Source: Myxococcota bacterium (GTDB taxonomy: Bacteria > Myxococcota > JACRCW01). Taken from it: a DNA stretch of 37,584 nt. The stretch is taken from assembly GCA_040752415.1 (NCBI GenBank), contig JBFMGU010000061.1:8104-45687 (forward strand). The letters run 5' to 3'. Numbering within the stretch: position 1 is the first letter of the stretch; each line of letters starts with the position of its first letter. Positions 35,041 through 37,584 of this stretch are shown here, piece after piece. The translations under genes and the position numbers were made by a program. The notes beneath the pieces were generated by a model. It was not told where the DNA came from, ran no database searches, and saw only the letters and a list, made by a program, of their open reading frames with translations.

Positions 35041-37269
35041 TCAGCGCGGTCCGTACGTCTCAAGCCACTTGTTCGAGAAGACGCCGTCGGGGTCGTGGCG
35101 GGCGCGGGCGGCGAAGAAGGCGTCGATGCCGGGGTACGCGGCGCGGAGCTGCTCCCGGGTGTAGTCGCGTTGGTACGGCAGATAGAACGTGCCGCCGCAC
35201 CGGATGGCAAGGTCAACCAGGTCGCGCGTCAGGCGGGCGTGCTGTTCCCGGCTCTCCGCGGACAACTCCTGGTTGTAATAGAGGACGAAGGAGAACGCGT
35301 CCTGGCGCGCGTACGGCAATGCGCTCTCCGTGTCCTTCCCGACGTCACGAATGGTCACGTTCAGGGAGGCCAGCCCGTGACGTCGTTGAACCTCACGCAG
35401 CCCGTCGGCAAAGGCCTGGAACCTCTCGCGCGGGACGTAATACTCCTGAAGGATGTCCGCGTGTTTCCCCTCGTCGAACCAGTAGTTGTTGAGGAACTCG
35501 ATGTTGGGGGACATGAAGTCATTGCGGGTGGCGGTGCTCCCGTCCTTCTTCATCCACTTCTCGACCGCCCAGCGTGCCTCGAGGAAGTGGGGGCCCAGCT
35601 TGGAGCCGTGGAATGCGAGCTTGTTGATGGCAGCCATGGCGCCGCTCTCGATGTTGGCGCCGTCGCGGGGCGCGCTGGCATCCGCCTCACCCACGCGCCG
35701 CACGACGTGGAGGAGCACCTCTCCCTTGAGGTTGGGATCGAGCCGCCCGTAGGCGTGCTCCACGGCGGGGTCCTTCAGCGCCTCGGCAAAGCGGGCCGGG
35801 TAGTCGCGCTCCGCCAGCAACTCCACGTCCATGCGGCACTGGCTGTCCGGGACGGTGTCGAGCTCGGCGTCGAGGATGACGCCAAAGCCGCCGTAGCCGC
35901 CAATGACGTGATGGAAGAGCTCGGCATTCTCCTCGCGCGAGCAGGTCTTGATCTCTCCGTCCGCCGTCATCACACGAACGCTCCGCACCGTGCTGATGAG
36001 CGGTGGCTCGCCCGGGGTCCGTCCGTGGCAGTTGACGCTCAGCGAGCCGCCCACGGTGAAGATGTTGGAGGTCTGCATCACCTTCACCGCGCGACCGGAG
36101 CGCGCCAGGACATCCTGCACCTGCGCCCACGTGGCCCCCGCCTCCACGCGCATGGTCCCGTTGGGGCGGAGCTCCACGCGGTTGAGGCCCATCATGTCGA
36201 GATTGATGCTGCCGGCGGAAACGCTCTGCCCACCCTCGCTGTGACGCCGTCCGGCAATGCTCACCTTCAGGCCCAGCAGCCGCGCCTGGCCAATGGCCCT
36301 GCGCACGTCGTCGGGGGACTGCACGTCAACCACCTGCGTGACCAAGGTGGGCTCGAGGCCGCCCGCGTCATTGACCACCGGTCCGCCGTTGTTGCCCAGG
36401 CGCTTGAAGCCGCCCGCGGCCTGGTCCAAGGCGGTGTGGCGCAGCACGTCGTCACGAATGGCGCGGCGGGCGTCCGGGGTGAAGCGATGCCCATGGAAGT
36501 CGGTGAGGTACAGCAGCGCGCGTTTCTCGTCGGTGGTCTCCACGCCCCAGTCGCGCGCCTGGGGGAGGAGGCGCTCCTTGATGGCGTGGGCGGTGATGGG
36601 TTCCGCCTCCGCGAGCAGCGCGGTGAAGGCCCGCAGGATGTCCTCATTGGCGACGATGTCGCGCAGCGTGGCGCGCTCCGCATCCCACAGCTCCGGCGTG
36701 TAGCCCAACGACACCACAGCCCCCCGCTGTGACGGCGTCAATTCCGCGAAGCGGGCGCGCATGGGCTGGGGGAGGCGGTCCACCCGCCCGTCACGCACCG
36801 CGTTCCACGACGAGGCATCATGACCGAGCACGCCCAGGCTCGCCCGCTCGTCGACGGAGAGCGCTTCCCACGCACGCCTCCGGAACGGCACCGTGCTGGC
36901 GCTGTCGACGAGAGCCTCCAGGCCGGGCAACACGCGCTCCACGCTCTCCGTCGGTGGCGGCGTGACACCGCCCACGCGTGCGTCGTCATTTCCGGTGAAG
37001 CCCAGGGCCTTGAGCTGCGGGCCTGGCTCCCGGCGCACGTGCACAGGACCCGGCCCAGGCCCCGGCGCCAGGTCACGTCCTGCTTCGACGGCGGTGATGG
37101 CGGAATCCAGGATGGCCTGACGCGCGGCATGGACGTCCACAACGCTCACACCGAGATCGCGCGCGGCGGCCTGGACCTCCGACGACGACCAGCGCGAAAT
37201 GGGAGCCGCACCGTGGGACGCCGCCCAGGCGCGCAGGCGGGTCGAGAGCAGGGTTGTTGACGTGGTCAT
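35041..37269 (-). CDS. FAD-binding (PCMH-type, VAO/ALO-like) oxidoreductase with ~280-aa N-terminal extension
   Basis: Motifs AGRRHSEGGQ, VEAGATW, FTVGGSLSVNCHG, IGGYGGFGVI, LQEYYVP, GGTFYLPY and DPDGVFSN. ATG 37269 is the probable start but is uncertain. Confidence 0.85.
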   Translation of the reverse strand: MTTSTTLLSTRLRAWAASHGAAPISRWSSSEVQAAARDLGVSVVDVHAARQAILDSAITAVEAGRDLAPGPGPGPVHVRREPGPQLKALGFTGNDDARVGGVTPPPTESVERVLPGLEALVDSASTVPFRRRAWEALSVDERASLGVLGHDASSWNAVRDGRVDRLPQPMRARFAELTPSQRGAVVSLGYTPELWDAERATLRDIVANEDILRAFTALLAEAEPITAHAIKERLLPQARDWGVETTDEKRALLYLTDFHGHRFTPDARRAIRDDVLRHTALDQAAGGFKRLGNNGGPVVNDAGGLEPTLVTQVVDVQSPDDVRRAIGQARLLGLKVSIAGRRHSEGGQSVSAGSINLDMMGLNRVELRPNGTMRVEAGATWAQVQDVLARSGRAVKVMQTSNIFTVGGSLSVNCHGRTPGEPPLISTVRSVRVMTADGEIKTCSREENAELFHHVIGGYGGFGVILDAELDTVPDSQCRMDVELLAERDYPARFAEALKDPAVEHAYGRLDPNLKGEVLLHVVRRVGEADASAPRDGANIESGAMAAINKLAFHGSKLGPHFLEARWAVEKWMKKDGSTATRNDFMSPNIEFLNNYWFDEGKHADILQEYYVPRERFQAFADGLREVQRRHGLASLNVTIRDVGKDTESALPYARQDAFSFVLYYNQELSAESREQHARLTRDLVDLAIRCGGTFYLPYQRDYTREQLRAAYPGIDAFFAARARHDPDGVFSNKWLETYGPR

Positions 37270-37584
37270 GGGGTCGCATCCGTCCTGACGCGGTGGCGCG
37301 GAACTCTGGCCCGCGGTCACAGTGGTGTCCAGGGTGTTGCGCGTGTTGGTCCGGCCATCTGGCGTGGGCGCGGCTCTTCTGGGGCGAGGCCCATACGCTC
37401 CTGCCCAATGAGATTGGGTGCGGCTCTTTGGAACGACGGTTGGCCGCAGGCGCAAGCACATCCGCAGGCCGGCCATGGTCAGCCCGGGCGGCGCCGTCTG
37501 CGCGCTGGAGAACCGGCCTGCAATGTAGGGGCTGCCCGTTGCCGGTACCGCGTGAACGGTGAAGGTGGCCGGCAATGGTCAGCC

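Noticed and set aside
37270..37575. Extra 102 N-terminal residues of the 844-aa ORF call
   Set aside because: The TTG start has no clear RBS and the composition looks non-coding. ATG 37269 is preferred, though not proven.
1..37584. tRNA, rRNA, riboswitch, prophage or integrase
   Set aside because: None was recognisable by eye. An Infernal/tRNAscan run on the intergenic regions would be needed to exclude structured RNAs.

Overview
A GC-rich bacterial window; the gene style (Ser-rich-linker lipoproteins, Cys/Asp repeat proteins, PilZ-receiver protein) suggests Myxococcota, but that is inference. I call about 22 protein-coding genes and see no rRNA, tRNA, CRISPR array or transposase. There are two giant extracellular repeat proteins: a 5'-truncated protein of more than 2,500 aa built from Cys/Asp repeats (2-7624) and a 2,452 aa lipoprotein with 16 PKD-like repeats plus 4 larger C-terminal repeats (24900-32258). 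Signalling genes are a PilZ-receiver protein, a FIST gene coupled to a sensor-less class III cyclase, and a second FIST gene with a small upstream partner. Enzymes include PrmA, an AMMECR1/AmrA protein, an SLT transglycosylase, an RNase Z-like hydrolase, an SDR, a metallophosphoesterase and an FAD oxidoreductase. The most striking unexplained locus is 13779-18404. It holds a helical-repeat/Lon-protease fusion without an ATPase, facing a two-gene operon of an atypical Hsp20 and a 326-aa protein whose ~260-aa charge-free, prion-like region is punctuated by seven G(L/F)SHT motifs. Upstream sits a 292-bp MITE-like element with 14-bp terminal inverted repeats, a TCA duplication and an internal REP-like doublet. 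All family assignments come from motif recognition by eye; no searches were run.
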